Source of the DNA: Candidatus Oxydemutatoraceae bacterium
Lineage (GTDB): Bacteria > Pseudomonadota > Gammaproteobacteria > Poriferisulfidales > Oxydemutatoraceae
Length of the DNA stretch: 64,000 nucleotides
Assembly (NCBI GenBank): GCA_965220085.1
Contig: CBDCOZ010000003.1
Span: 1,184,001 to 1,248,000 of the forward strand
Direction of reading: 5' to 3'
The position numbers and the translations under genes are program-made. The first letter of the stretch is position 1, and each line of letters begins with the position of its first letter. Under the pieces are notes generated by a model. It was not told where the DNA came from. It searched no databases and worked only from the letters and a program-made list of their open reading frames with translations. Shown here in pieces: positions 20,178-31,208 of this stretch.

Positions 20178-20924
20178 ATGGGCTTTGATATTGAAACTTT
20201 TCTCGTCGCAGGCACCGCTGTCACGGGCTTGTTGCTCGTCATCGCGCGCTTCGCGAATACCGCCCGCCCGCGCTGGTTGTTTGATACGGCGCAGTCGTTT
20301 TTCCCCGTACTGGCGATTGTTCTGATTCTGCGCAGTTTCATCATTGAGCCGTTTAGAATCCCCTCGGGCTCCATGTTGCCGACATTGGAAATCGGCGATT
20401 TCATCGTTGTCAATAAGTTTTCCTACGGCGTAAAACTGCCGCTGCTACATTGGCAGTTGCTAGAAGTCGGCGCGCCGCAACGCGGGGATGTGGTCGTCTT
20501 CCGTTATCCGCACGACCCATCGCAGGATTACATCAAGCGCCTGATCGGCTTGCCGGGCGATCACATCGTCTATAAAGACAAACAACTGACTATCAACGGC
20601 AGAAAAATCGCGGCGGACGATGCTCGCCCGTATCCGCAGCCCGAGACCTATCCGCTGATCATGGAGCGTCGCAGCGAACAGTTGGAAGGCGCCGCTCACG
20701 ATATTCTCTTGACACCGGCGCGCCGGCAGCACGACGGGGAGTGGACGGTACCCGCGGACTCCTACTTCGTGATGGGAGACAATCGCGACAACAGCAACGA
20801 CAGCCGCGTTTGGGGGTTTGTCGCCAAGGAGCATTTGGCCGGCAAGGCATTTTTGATTTGGATGAGTTGGGACTACGATGAAAACAACATCAAGTTCCCC
20901 CGCATATGGACGAGTATCCGCTGA
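20178..20924 (+). CDS. lepB: Signal peptidase I
   Basis: IPSGSMLPTL, DYIKRLIGLPGD and GDNRDNSNDSR motifs. Confidence 0.96.
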   Translation: MGFDIETFLVAGTAVTGLLLVIARFANTARPRWLFDTAQSFFPVLAIVLILRSFIIEPFRIPSGSMLPTLEIGDFIVVNKFSYGVKLPLLHWQLLEVGAPQRGDVVVFRYPHDPSQDYIKRLIGLPGDHIVYKDKQLTINGRKIAADDARPYPQPETYPLIMERRSEQLEGAAHDILLTPARRQHDGEWTVPADSYFVMGDNRDNSNDSRVWGFVAKEHLAGKAFLIWMSWDYDENNIKFPRIWTSIR

Positions 20925-21583
20925 TGCCCGACTTAAAAGACTTGCTCCCGGCGGAGTTTTTTAAGACCCCCCAATTCAATACGGCGATTACCCACCAGAG
21001 CGCGGGTTTTCCTAACAACGAACGGATGGAATTTCTGGGCGATGCCGTATTGCAGCTTGCCATCAGCGAAACGCTCTACCTCTCGAGCGCAAAAGACGAA
21101 GGGTATCTGACAAAGTTTCGCGCCTATCTGGTATGCAAGGACACGCTGTCCGAGTTGGCGCAGGAATGTCGGCTGGGCGATCTGATCAAGCTCGGCCCCG
21201 GCGAGAACCGAGACAACATCACGAAATCTATTCTGGGCAATGCGTTTGAAGCGATTATTGCCGCGGTGTATCTGGCGCACGGTTGGGATACGGTGCGAGG
21301 ATTTATCGAGACGGTTTATGCGAGCCGTCTGGAGCACATGCCGACCTTGGAAAAACTCAAGGATGCCAAAACAAGATTGCAGGAGTATTTGCAATCGCTG
21401 GGACACGCCTTGCCGGTCTATGCGCTGACAAAGAGCGGCCCCGGCAACGCGCCTGTGTTTGAGGCGCGGTGCAGCATCGACGAGTTGGATGTCGTGACCC
21501 GCGGGCGCGGAGCGACCAGACGCGCCGCCGAGCAGGAAGCGGCTGTCCGCGCGCTGGAGTTGTTGCAAGCCGGACTGTCGTGA
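20924..21583 (+). CDS. rnc: Ribonuclease III
   Basis: NERMEFLGDAVL signature and dsRBD (DAKTRLQEYLQ...AEQEAA); operon position. Confidence 0.96.
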   Translation: MPDLKDLLPAEFFKTPQFNTAITHQSAGFPNNERMEFLGDAVLQLAISETLYLSSAKDEGYLTKFRAYLVCKDTLSELAQECRLGDLIKLGPGENRDNITKSILGNAFEAIIAAVYLAHGWDTVRGFIETVYASRLEHMPTLEKLKDAKTRLQEYLQSLGHALPVYALTKSGPGNAPVFEARCSIDELDVVTRGRGATRRAAEQEAAVRALELLQAGLS

Positions 21584-22431
21584 GCGCGAAGCAACAATGC
21601 GGAAGCGTGGCCATCATCGGCGCTCCCAACGCCGGCAAATCCACATTATTTAACCGCTTGATCGGACGGCATCTGTCGGCTGTGACGCACAAGCCGCAGA
21701 CGACCCGTCGCAATATCAGAGGGGCGCTGACCGAAGGGGCGGCGCAGATGATCTTTATTGATACGCCGGGCATCCACAAAGGGCGGGCGGGCGCGCTCAA
21801 TCGCGCGCTCAATCGCAACGCAAAAAGCGTCCTCTACGATGTCGATGTCATCATCCTGATCGCCTCGTGCCGGCGCTGGACGCGACAGGATCAGGACATA
21901 CACGACTTGATTGCCGATATTCCGGCGCCGTGCCTGCTAGCGCTCAATAAGATCGACCTGCTTGCGGACAAATCCGAGATGTTGCCGCTGATAAAACAGA
22001 TGGACGAGCGCAACCGCTTTGATGCGATTATTCCGATTTCGGTTTTGCGCAACAAAGCGATTGCCGCGCTGAAACAGGAGATCGTATCTCGCCTGCCGCA
22101 ACGGCCGTTTCTGTTCGGCGACGATACGATCAGCGACCAGAGCGATGAGGTGATCATCGTTGAATTGATTCGCGAGAAACTGATGCAATACTCTCACGGC
22201 GAGTTGCCGTATATAACCGATATCCGAGTGGAATCCATTGAGCAAAAGGGGCCGCGGCGCAATATCACCGTGAACATTCTGGCTGACAAACCCGGGCGCA
22301 GAGCGATATTGATTGGCGCCGGCGGCTCCAAATTGAAACTGATCGGTTCCACCGCCCGCAAACGGATAGAGCAGGCGCTCGGCGCCCGCACATACCTCGA
22401 CTTGCGGGTGAAAGACAAGAAGACCGCATGA
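21580..22431 (+). CDS. era: GTPase Era
   Basis: GAPNAGKST, DTPG and NKID motifs plus KH domain; GTG start overlapping the rnc stop. Confidence 0.95.
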   Translation: MSAKQQCGSVAIIGAPNAGKSTLFNRLIGRHLSAVTHKPQTTRRNIRGALTEGAAQMIFIDTPGIHKGRAGALNRALNRNAKSVLYDVDVIILIASCRRWTRQDQDIHDLIADIPAPCLLALNKIDLLADKSEMLPLIKQMDERNRFDAIIPISVLRNKAIAALKQEIVSRLPQRPFLFGDDTISDQSDEVIIVELIREKLMQYSHGELPYITDIRVESIEQKGPRRNITVNILADKPGRRAILIGAGGSKLKLIGSTARKRIEQALGARTYLDLRVKDKKTA

Positions 22432-22437
22432 GAGCAG

Positions 22438-23169
22438 ATGATTGCTTTTCAAGACGAACCGGCCTTTGTCATTCATAAACGCGCCTATAACGACCGCAGC
22501 GATCTGGTGCAAATTTTAACGCCCGGACACGGGCGGCTGACCGTGATTGCCCGCTCGTCCGTGAAGATGATCGGCAAAGTGCTGCAACCGTTTATCCCGG
22601 CCAATGTCAGTTGCGGCGGCAGAGGGGAGATACCGAGCTTGCGCCAGTTTGAGCCCGAAGGCGCACAGATACTGACCGCTGCCGAACAGCGTATCGTCGG
22701 CATGTATGTGAATGAGTTGCTGACCAAGTTGACGCCTTTTCGCAGCGCATCCCGCACTTTGTTTCATTTGTATTCCCGTTGCATAACCGCTATCGGCGGC
22801 ATGTCCGACATGCGCGCCGACCTCGCCGCAGTGGAAAAGATACTGCGGAACTTTGAAGCGGATTTGCTTGAGTTGGTCGGCAACGGTTTGCAGTTGCAAT
22901 ACGAAAGCGGCGGCATGCAAGCGCTACAACCCGACGCATATTACCGCTACGATATTGACCGCGGAGCGGTGCGAGCGGGCGGCGGTGATGCGAGCGAATT
23001 CGTATACACCGGCGCGGCTCTGATTGCGCTGCGCGAACGTCTCACAACCTGCGATCGCCCGTTGATGACCGAAGCAAAGCAACTGTTGCGGCAGGTCATC
23101 GACTGCCACCTCAACGGCAAAGCGATAGAGACCCGCGCCCTGTTTTCGTATTTGCAAAACCTGACTTGA
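22438..23169 (+). CDS. recO: DNA repair protein RecO
   Basis: AFVIHKRAY, LQPF and YVNELL motifs; synteny era-recO-pdxJ. Confidence 0.9.
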   Translation: MIAFQDEPAFVIHKRAYNDRSDLVQILTPGHGRLTVIARSSVKMIGKVLQPFIPANVSCGGRGEIPSLRQFEPEGAQILTAAEQRIVGMYVNELLTKLTPFRSASRTLFHLYSRCITAIGGMSDMRADLAAVEKILRNFEADLLELVGNGLQLQYESGGMQALQPDAYYRYDIDRGAVRAGGGDASEFVYTGAALIALRERLTTCDRPLMTEAKQLLRQVIDCHLNGKAIETRALFSYLQNLT

Positions 23170-23227
23170 AAGCGGGGGGCGATTAGCAGTACTATGGGTA
23201 ACTTCGCCGTAATATGACCGGATAAAC

Positions 23228-23959
23228 ATGGTTCAAACGCACATCAATGCCGCTTTATGGGTCAATATCGACCACGTCGCGACCTTGCGCGAGGCGCGCA
23301 AGACGCCATACCCCGACCTCGCCGAGGCAATCGCGCAAGCCGAAGCCGGCGGCGCTTCCGGCATCACGATGCACTTGCGCGAAGACCGCAGGCATGTGCG
23401 CGATGACGATGTGCGCATGGCGCGGGAGCGAGTGACGACAGCGCTGAATCTTGAGATGGCGGCAACCGATGAGATGGTCGCCATCGCGGTTGCGACAAGG
23501 CCGGATGAGTGTTGCATCGTGCCGGAGAAACGCGAGGAATTGACGACCGAAGGCGGTTTGAATGTCCGCGCACAGTTGGCGCAAATCAGCGATGCGTGTC
23601 GCGCATTGAAGGCCGCCGCAATCAAGGTATCGCTGTTCGTAGAAGCCGATCGGCGAACGCTGGATGATGCGGCGGCGGTCGGGGCGGACATCGTTGAGCT
23701 GCACACCGGCCAATACGCGCTCTGCGAGGGCGAAGCGCAACAAGCCTGTTTGCGGCGGATAGCGGATGCCGCCGAATATGCCGCCGGGCTCGGTTTGCAA
23801 GTCAATGCCGGGCACGGCTTGCGGCGTGAAAATGTCGCCCCGATTGCCGCCATCACACAGATGACGGCGCTAAACATCGGTCACGCTGTCATCGCCGATG
23901 CCGTGTTCATGGGATTGCGCGAGGCGACCGCGGCGATGTATCGGGCGATGCAAGCATGA
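23228..23959 (+). CDS. pdxJ: Pyridoxine 5'-phosphate synthase
   Basis: VNIDHVATLREAR, HLREDRRH, TTEGG and NAGHGL motifs. Confidence 0.97.
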   Translation: MVQTHINAALWVNIDHVATLREARKTPYPDLAEAIAQAEAGGASGITMHLREDRRHVRDDDVRMARERVTTALNLEMAATDEMVAIAVATRPDECCIVPEKREELTTEGGLNVRAQLAQISDACRALKAAAIKVSLFVEADRRTLDDAAAVGADIVELHTGQYALCEGEAQQACLRRIADAAEYAAGLGLQVNAGHGLRRENVAPIAAITQMTALNIGHAVIADAVFMGLREATAAMYRAMQA

Positions 23960-24315
23960 TACACGGTATCGGCATAGACATCGTGGATGTTCGCCGCATC
24001 GTCAGGTTGTTGCGACTCTATCCGTTGCGTTTTCCGCGTCGCATCTTACACCCGACAGAGCTGTTGACATACCAGCAGAAGCGCGACAAGGCCGGCTATC
24101 TCGCGCGCCAATTTGCCGCCAAAGAGGCGATCAGCAAGGCATTAGGGTGCGGTTTTCGCAACGGCTGCTATGCCGGCACGATGATAGTGGAGCGCGATGC
24201 GGCGGGACGTCCGGTTGCCAGCGTACCGGCGGCGGGCGCCGATATAGAGCTCAAAGTCAGCATCTCCGGCGAGAAAGATTATGTGGTGGCTCAAGCGCTT
24301 GCGCTCAGAACCTAA
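23956..24315 (+). CDS. acpS: Holo-ACP synthase
   Basis: GIGIDIV and FAAKEAISKALG motifs. Confidence 0.93.
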   Translation: MIHGIGIDIVDVRRIVRLLRLYPLRFPRRILHPTELLTYQQKRDKAGYLARQFAAKEAISKALGCGFRNGCYAGTMIVERDAAGRPVASVPAAGADIELKVSISGEKDYVVAQALALRT

Positions 24316-24321
24316 TCCATA

Positions 24322-25497
24322 CCATTACCCGCGCTCGCGCTTCAATTCCGCCTTCAGCGCGCAGAGTTGCTCCAGCGCTTCCTTCGGGCTCAGGCGGTCG
24401 GGGTCCAGTTGCTCCAGCGCCTGTTGCAACCCGCCATCGGTTTGCGGACGGGCGGACTCGGTGTCGTATCATGACCCGCGCTCGCGCTTCAATTCCGCCT
24501 TCAGCGCATAGAGTTGCTCCAGCGCTTCCTTCGGGCTCAGGCGGTCGGGGTCCAGTTGCTCCAGCGCCTGTTGCAACCCGCTATCGGTTTGCGGCCGGTC
24601 GGGCTCGGTGTCGTATCATGACCCGCGTTCGCGCTTCAATTCCGCCTTCAGCGCGCAGAGTTGCTCCAGCGCTTCCTTCGGGCTCAGGCGGTCGGGGTCC
24701 AGTTGCTCCAGCGCCTGTTGCAACCCGCTATCGGTTTGCGGACGGGCGGACTCGGTGTCGTATCATGACCCGCGCTCGCGCTTCAATTCCGCCTTCAGCG
24801 CATAGAGTTGCTCCAGCGCTTCCTTCGGGCTCAGGCGGTCGGGGTCCAGTTGCTCCAGCGCCTGTTGCAACCCGCTATCGGTTTGCGGCCGGTCGGGCTC
24901 GGTGTCGTATCATGACCCGCGTTCGCGCTTCAATTCCGCCTTCAGCGCGCAGAGTTGCTCCAGCGCTTCCTTCGGGCTCAGGCGGTCGGGGTCCAGTTGC
25001 TCCAGCGCCTGTTGCAACCCGCTATCGGTTTGCGGACGGGCGGACTCGGTGTCGTATCATGACCCGCGCTCGCGCTTCAATTCCGCCTTCAGCGCGCAGA
25101 GTTGCTCCAGCGCTTCCTTCGGGCTCAGGCGGTCGGGGTCCAGTTGCTCCAGCGCCTGTTGCAACCCGCTATCGGTTTGCGGCCGGTCGGGCTCGGTGTC
25201 GTATCATGACCCGCGCTCGCGCTTCAATTCCGCCTTCAGCGCATAGAGTTGCTCCAGCGCTTCCTTCGGGCTCAGGCGGTCGGGGTCCAGTTGCTCCAGC
25301 GCCTGTTGCAACCCGCTATCGGTTTGCGGCCGGTCGGGCTCGGTGTCGTATCATGACCCGCGCTCGCGCTTCAATTCCGCCTTCAGCGCATAGAGTTGCT
25401 CCAGCGCTTCCTTCGGGCTCAAGCGGTCGGGGTCCAGTTGCTCCAGCGCCTGTTGCAACCCGCTATCGGTTTGCGGCCGGTCGGGCTCGGTGTCGGC
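24322..25497 (-). repeat. Eight tandem 147-bp copies of the mutS 3' end (seven lie beyond the stop codon)
   Basis: Units begin at 24322, 24469, 24616, 24763, 24910, 25057, 25204 and 25351; each encodes ...[18 protein letters not shown](Y/C)[11 protein letters not shown] followed by a stop. Confidence 0.97.
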
Positions 25498-27930
25498 TTT
25501 GAGGCTAAGGCCGAGTTGGGGTGTCTCATCGCTGCCATCATTGCGGGCCGCCTCCAGCGAATGCAATTTATCTTGCGCCTGTGCGATGACACTTTCCGGC
25601 ACCCCGGCCAGGCGGGCGACTTGTAAGCCGTAACTCTTGCTGGCCGGGCCGGGTTTGACTTTGTACAGGAAAACAATTTTTTCCTTGTGCTCGGTGACAT
25701 CGATATGCACATTGCTGATAGTCGGGAACTGTTCGTGCAACGTCGTCAACTCAAAGTAGTGGGTTGCAAACAATGTATAGGAATGATTGTGCTGCGCAAT
25801 GTGGGCGGCACAAGCCCACGCCAGACTCAGCCCGTCAAAGGTACTCGTGCCGCGCCCGATCTCGTCCAGCAACACCAGGCTTTTGTCGGTCGCGTTGTTG
25901 AGGATGTTGGCGACCTCCGTCATTTCCACCATAAAGGTGGAGCGCCCGGATGCGATGTCATCGGACGCCCCGATGCGGGTGAAGATGCGGTCTACCGGAC
26001 CGATGCGAGCCGCTTCGGCGGGCACCCAGGCGCCGATGTGCGCAAGCAATACGATCAGCGCGGTCTGGCGCATATACGTCGACTTGCCGCCCATGTTCGG
26101 GCCGGTGATGATGCGTATGCGACCCTTGTCGCTCAGCGTCAGGTCGTTGGGGACAAAAGGCTGGTCGGAAATGTTCTCTATGATCGGGTGGCGGCCGTTT
26201 TTGATTTCAATCATCGGCTCGGCGGCGAATTGCGGCCTGCTGTGGTCGTAGAGTTTGGCGCAGTGGGCGAGGGTCGCCAGCACATCCAACTCCGCCAGCG
26301 CGCCAGCGCAAGCATAGAGTTTCTGCAGATACGGTTTGAACTCTTCGAGCAACTTTTGATACAGCGCCTTCTCGCGCGCCAACGCGCGCGTCTGCGCGGT
26401 CAGCACCTTGGCCTCGTAATCTTTCAACTCGGCGATGGTGAAGCGCTCGACATTCTTCAGGGTCTGCGTGCGCATATAATCGGCCGGCACTTTCTGCGCC
26501 GACGCTTTGCCGACCTCAATATAAAAGCCGTGCACTTTGCTGTAAGAAAGTTTGAGCGAGTGGATGCCGCTGCGCCGCTGTTCCCGTTGCTCGAGTTCCA
26601 GCAGGTAGCGGTTGGCGCCGTCGTTCATGCTGCGCAACTCATCCAACTGCGCGTCAAAGCCCGCTTTCAATACGCCGCCGTCGCGGATCGTCACCGGAGG
26701 CTCGTCGATGATGGCTTTGTCCAGCAACGCCAGCAACTCGGGTTGTTCGGCGACGGTCTGACGAAGACTTTTAAGCAACGCGCTTGTCGTTGTCTTCAAC
26801 GCGGATTTGATCTGCGGCAGCAGGCGCAAACTTTCGCGTATGCCGATGATGTCGCGCGGACGCGCGTGCAACATGGCGATGCGCGATGTGATGCGCTCAA
26901 TATCGGCGACCGACCCAAGCGATGCGCGCAAGGTCTCGCGACCGGCTTCGTCCGTCAGCCAAGCGATGGCATCCTGCCGCGCGATGATGCGGGCATGGTC
27001 TTTCAAAGGTTGGTTGAACCAGCGCTTAAGACAACGCCCGCCCATCGCCGAACTGACATGGTCGTAGATCGCAAACAAGGTGTGTTCCCGATTCCCCGAT
27101 ATGGATTGATCGATTTCCAAACAGACCCGGCTGACCGAGTCTATCTCCAGATATTCGCCGCCGGATTCCACCGTCAGTTTTCGCAGATGGGGCACCGCGC
27201 TGCGCTGCGTCTCTTTGGCATAGGAGAGCAGGGCGCCGGCGGCGGAGATGGCCGAATCCATATGTTCGCAACCGAAACCCGACAGGTCGCGGGTTCGCAT
27301 CTGCTCGCATAATTTGCGCCGACACGTATCCGCCTCAAAGTGCCACGCAGGGTAGGCGCGACCGTCAATCGGCAGCGTGCCTTCCTGTTCCTCGCTGATC
27401 AATATTTCCGCCGGGCGCAACCGTTGCACTTCGTCCATGACTTCGCTGTCGCTGTCGCACTGGCGCAGGCTGAAGATACCGGCGCTCAGTTCCAGCGCCG
27501 CAATCCCATAGCGGTGGGTGTCGTGCTGGCGAAAGACGGCCATCAGATAATTGTCGCTTTTGGCTTGCAGCAAAGTCTCCTCGGTCAAAGTGCCGGGGGT
27601 GACGATGCGGGTGATTTTACGCTCCAACGGACCCTTGCCCGCCTTGGGGTCGCCGACTTGGTCGCATATCACGACCGACTCGCCGTAGCGGATTAACTTG
27701 GCGATGTAGGAGTCCATCGCGTGCACCGGTATGCCGGCCATCGGAATCGGTTTGCTATTGGCTTGGCCGCGCGAGGTCAGCGTCAGATCGAGCAGGCGCG
27801 AAGCTTTTTCCGCATCAGAATAAAAGAGTTCATAGAAATCGCCCAATTGATAGAACAGCAACAAATCGGGATACTCTGACTTAAACGCCAGATACTGTTG
27901 CATCGCTGGTGTCGGTTTGTTCATTATCAA
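25351..27930 (-). CDS. mutS: DNA mismatch repair protein MutS
   Basis: [44 protein letters not shown] and ATHYFELT motifs. Confidence 0.99.
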   Translation of the reverse strand: MIMNKPTPAMQQYLAFKSEYPDLLLFYQLGDFYELFYSDAEKASRLLDLTLTSRGQANSKPIPMAGIPVHAMDSYIAKLIRYGESVVICDQVGDPKAGKGPLERKITRIVTPGTLTEETLLQAKSDNYLMAVFRQHDTHRYGIAALELSAGIFSLRQCDSDSEVMDEVQRLRPAEILISEEQEGTLPIDGRAYPAWHFEADTCRRKLCEQMRTRDLSGFGCEHMDSAISAAGALLSYAKETQRSAVPHLRKLTVESGGEYLEIDSVSRVCLEIDQSISGNREHTLFAIYDHVSSAMGGRCLKRWFNQPLKDHARIIARQDAIAWLTDEAGRETLRASLGSVADIERITSRIAMLHARPRDIIGIRESLRLLPQIKSALKTTTSALLKSLRQTVAEQPELLALLDKAIIDEPPVTIRDGGVLKAGFDAQLDELRSMNDGANRYLLELEQREQRRSGIHSLKLSYSKVHGFYIEVGKASAQKVPADYMRTQTLKNVERFTIAELKDYEAKVLTAQTRALAREKALYQKLLEEFKPYLQKLYACAGALAELDVLATLAHCAKLYDHSRPQFAAEPMIEIKNGRHPIIENISDQPFVPNDLTLSDKGRIRIITGPNMGGKSTYMRQTALIVLLAHIGAWVPAEAARIGPVDRIFTRIGASDDIASGRSTFMVEMTEVANILNNATDKSLVLLDEIGRGTSTFDGLSLAWACAAHIAQHNHSYTLFATHYFELTTLHEQFPTISNVHIDVTEHKEKIVFLYKVKPGPASKSYGLQVARLAGVPESVIAQAQDKLHSLEAARNDGSDETPQLGLSLKADTEPDRPQTDSGLQQALEQLDPDRLSPKEALEQLYALKAELKRERGS

Positions 27931-28264
27931 TCAATCGAGGTAAAGGGTAGTAATACGATCTCCTGGTTTCAGGCTAACTCGCATTTTAGCAAACTCGCCA
28001 TATTCCCCCTTTTTGCCCGCGCTTGTGAGGGCAGGCCAGCGGGATATTTTGTATCATCCGGGCATTGCCACAGAGGAAAGCGCCGCCGAATCATGCCGCA
28101 AACACCCCAAATTTCAGGCATCATACAGGGGGGGTGCAAATATCTTATCTGTGGTATAATCACTGGTCGTTAGGATGTGTTTGAACCCTCATGAGGTTCT
28201 GCTATGGCAAAAAGACGGCGCACATCCCCACGCTTTGCAACTAAGATGAAGAGGAAAATACCAC

Positions 28265-29546
28265 ATGCAGTTTTCACCGGAACCACAGGATGCCCTGACA
28301 ACGTACGATTATATTAATACCCCCCCCCTTGTACGAGAGGCATCCGGTGGCGCGGCTTAGCCTCTGGTCGCTCGCTCTGCTCGCCCTGATTGCAATCTGC
28401 GCTCAGGCACAGGCGCAGACCGCACCCGTCGCTGGGGACAACACCATAGAGGTGTACGTCACCGCAACCGCCGACAATCCCTACGTCTTCGAGAAGAACG
28501 ATTTTCCCTTTGAGGATGACGACAAGCACGCCTTTGCCAGGGTGGATCTGGGCAGTGTGCCCACCGTCGGCACCCTGAGGACGGGCGCTGTCGCCTCAGC
28601 GATGGGGCATCAATTTTATGCGAATCCCACCGGCAGTCAGAGCGGGTTTTCCGACCTTACCTACTACCCGGCGCCGGGGCAGAGCCCGACCGAGGGCTAC
28701 GCCAGTTTCACATTCGGCGTACGCGATTCCTCCGGTGCGCTCAGCCATGCTCTTGCCACCATCACCATAGATCTGGTGCGGGCGCCGCAACTGCCGGCAA
28801 CCGGCGCGCCCGCGGTCACGGCGCCCATGGGCAGCACAGCCTGGCACGAGGATGTGACCCTGACGGCATCCATCGGCACTGTCAGAGATGCCAATGGCAT
28901 TAGCACCGACACCATAGCATGGCAATGGGAACATGCCGCCGCTCCCGCCAGCGGCATCCCGGCCACCAGCGCATACGCCGCCATAGCCGGGGCCGACGAC
29001 GACACATTCACGCCCCTGCAGGATCATGTGGGCGACTATGTGCGGGTATGCGTCTCTTTCATGGACAACTTCATGGTGCCCGGCGACGAGCGGCGATGCA
29101 CCGCGGGCAATGTCATCGTCAATGTCAATGATGCGCCCGCCAGCGCCGATGCCTTTGTCAATGTGCCGATTACCGCAACCGCCGATATGCCGTTCTACTT
29201 TAGCGCCGGGCATTTTGCGTTCATGGATGAGGATGTCGGCGACAATGCGGACTTTGAAAGCGTCAGCATAAGCCTCCCCGGCAGGAGCAACATTGCCGGC
29301 ACATTGCGCCTCGGCGCCGAGCCGGGGTTTGCAAGAGGCACCGCGACCAGCGTTAACTTTGACGACATAGCCACGCTCAACTTTTATCCGAACACGGACC
29401 AGCAGGCTACCACCGCCTATTCCACATTCTCATTTGCCGTGTACGATGGCGCGACGTACAGCGAAATCCACACCATGACCATCAACCTGGTGCCTGCCGA
29501 CATACGCTTGCGGCTGCGCCTCTTCCTGGAAGGCCCGTTGCGATAG
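28265..29546 (+). CDS. Secreted Ig/cadherin-like protein, FLEGPLR family member 2, frameshifted in a C9 tract (OFF)
   Basis: GAGGA-N9-ATG at 28265 stops after 31 codons with C9 (28320-28328). C8 would join ORF 28329-29546, which has signal peptide ...ICAQAQA-Q and ends DIRLRLRLFLEGPLR*. Confidence 0.75.
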
Positions 29547-29707
29547 CGCAAGCGACACCCCTTCGCATATCCATGTTTTAGGCGTGTTTTAATAATTTTC
29601 GTGCCGCTTATCGGACGGATAGGGCATTCGGTCAGAAACCCCTGATGCCCCCGCCGAGTGTGGGATAATATGCGAATAATCTATTCATTATTATTGGGAG
29701 AAGTACA

Positions 29708-30757
29708 GTGGATGAGACTCGAAAGAAAGCGTTATCGGTCGCCTTGTCGCAGATTGAAAAGCAGTTTGGCAAAGGTTCAATTATGCGGCTCGGCGATGTC
29801 GGCGCGAAATTGGATATCGATGTTATCTCAACCGGAGCGTTTGCGTTGGATGCCGCGCTCGGTATCGGCGGCCTGCCGCGCGGGCGCATCGTAGAAATTT
29901 TTGGGCCGGAGTCATCCGGCAAAACGACATTGGCATTGCATGTGGTGTCCGAGTGTCAGGCGAGCGGAGGCACGGCGGCTTATGTCGATGCCGAACACGC
30001 GCTGGACCCGGTCTATGCCAAGAAGCTCGGCGTCAATGTGGAGGAGTTGCTGATATCGCAACCCGACACCGGCGAGCAAGGGCTTGAGATTGTGGACATG
30101 CTGGTGCGCTCCGGCTCGGTGGATATGATTGTCGTCGACTCGGTCGCCGCTTTGACACCGCGCGCCGAGATAGAAGGGGAGATGGGGGATTCCCATATGG
30201 GTTTGCAGGCGCGCCTGATGTCGCAAGCGCTGCGCAAACTGACCGGCAACATCACCCGTTCCAATGTGTTGGTGATTTTCATCAACCAGATTCGGATGAA
30301 GATCGGCGTGATGTTCGGCAACCCCGAGACGACTACCGGCGGCAATGCGCTGAAGTTTTACGCTTCGGTGCGGCTTGACATTCGTCGTATCGGCGCGATC
30401 AAAAAAGGCGACCAGTTCTTGGGCGCCGAGACCCGTGTCAAGGTGGTGAAGAACAAACTCGCGCCGCCGTTTAGAACCGCCGAGTTTGAAATTTGGTTTG
30501 ACGAAGGCATTTCCAAATTGCCGCAGTTGATAGACATGGGAGTGCGTCACGAGATATTGGAAAAGCTCGGTTCCTGGTACAGCTATAACGGCGACAAAAT
30601 CGGCCAAGGCAAGGACAACGCCCGCGTCTGGCTAAAAGAACACCCCGAGGCGGCGGCGGAAATCGAGCAACGCTTGCGCGATGCGATATTCGGCGCCGGC
30701 AAGGAGGAAGAGGTCGCGGATGCCGCGCTGACAGACAAAGCCGGCGATGGCGACTAA
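29708..30757 (+). CDS. recA: Recombinase RecA
   Basis: [17 protein letters not shown] and [17 protein letters not shown] motifs. Confidence 0.99.
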   Translation: MDETRKKALSVALSQIEKQFGKGSIMRLGDVGAKLDIDVISTGAFALDAALGIGGLPRGRIVEIFGPESSGKTTLALHVVSECQASGGTAAYVDAEHALDPVYAKKLGVNVEELLISQPDTGEQGLEIVDMLVRSGSVDMIVVDSVAALTPRAEIEGEMGDSHMGLQARLMSQALRKLTGNITRSNVLVIFINQIRMKIGVMFGNPETTTGGNALKFYASVRLDIRRIGAIKKGDQFLGAETRVKVVKNKLAPPFRTAEFEIWFDEGISKLPQLIDMGVRHEILEKLGSWYSYNGDKIGQGKDNARVWLKEHPEAAAEIEQRLRDAIFGAGKEEEVADAALTDKAGDGD

Positions 30758-31208
30758 ACAGCGCGCGCCGGCATTGGAAAAGGCGCTGGAGTATCTTGGA
30801 AGAAGAGAGCATTACAGGCGGGAGTTAAAGCAGAAACTTAAGGCCAAAGGCTACTCCCCGGCGGAGATAGACGAGGCCCTTGAGCGGTTGCAACAGAGCG
30901 GGAAGTTATCCGAGCAACGTTATCTGGAGGCCTACATCTTTGAGCGTCAGCGTCGGTTGTACGGCCCGCGATGGATACGCGCGCAACTGATATGCAAAGG
31001 CTTTGCTGCCGAGGCGACGGATGCGGCATTGTCCGACGATACGATAGATTGGCATGAGAATATGCGCCGCTGTTGTGACAAAAAATTTGGCGAGGGCGGA
31101 ACCACGGATGCGAAAGAAAAAATCCGGCGCAGAGACTACCTTTACCGGCGCGGTTTTATGCCGGAGATGATCAATCGGTTATTCGGTGAGTACGACGATA
31201 TTCAGTAA
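30747..31208 (+). CDS. recX: Regulatory protein RecX
   Basis: LGRREH..ELKQKL, YGPRWI and LYRRGF motifs; follows recA. Confidence 0.92.
   Translation: MATKQRAPALEKALEYLGRREHYRRELKQKLKAKGYSPAEIDEALERLQQSGKLSEQRYLEAYIFERQRRLYGPRWIRAQLICKGFAAEATDAALSDDTIDWHENMRRCCDKKFGEGGTTDAKEKIRRRDYLYRRGFMPEMINRLFGEYDDIQ

Noticed and set aside
23898-25502. 534-aa plus-strand repeat protein
   Set aside because: It is the antisense shadow of the 147-bp mutS repeats and overlaps pdxJ and acpS out of frame.
25687-27312. Long antisense ORFs (541 aa here; also 18475-19428, 49541-50350, 56459-57517, 61962-62750)
   Set aside because: They lie opposite well-supported genes and are expected shadows of GC-rich codon usage.
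29550-29707. LexA (SOS) box upstream of recA
   Set aside because: No CTGT-N8-ACAG match was found by eye.
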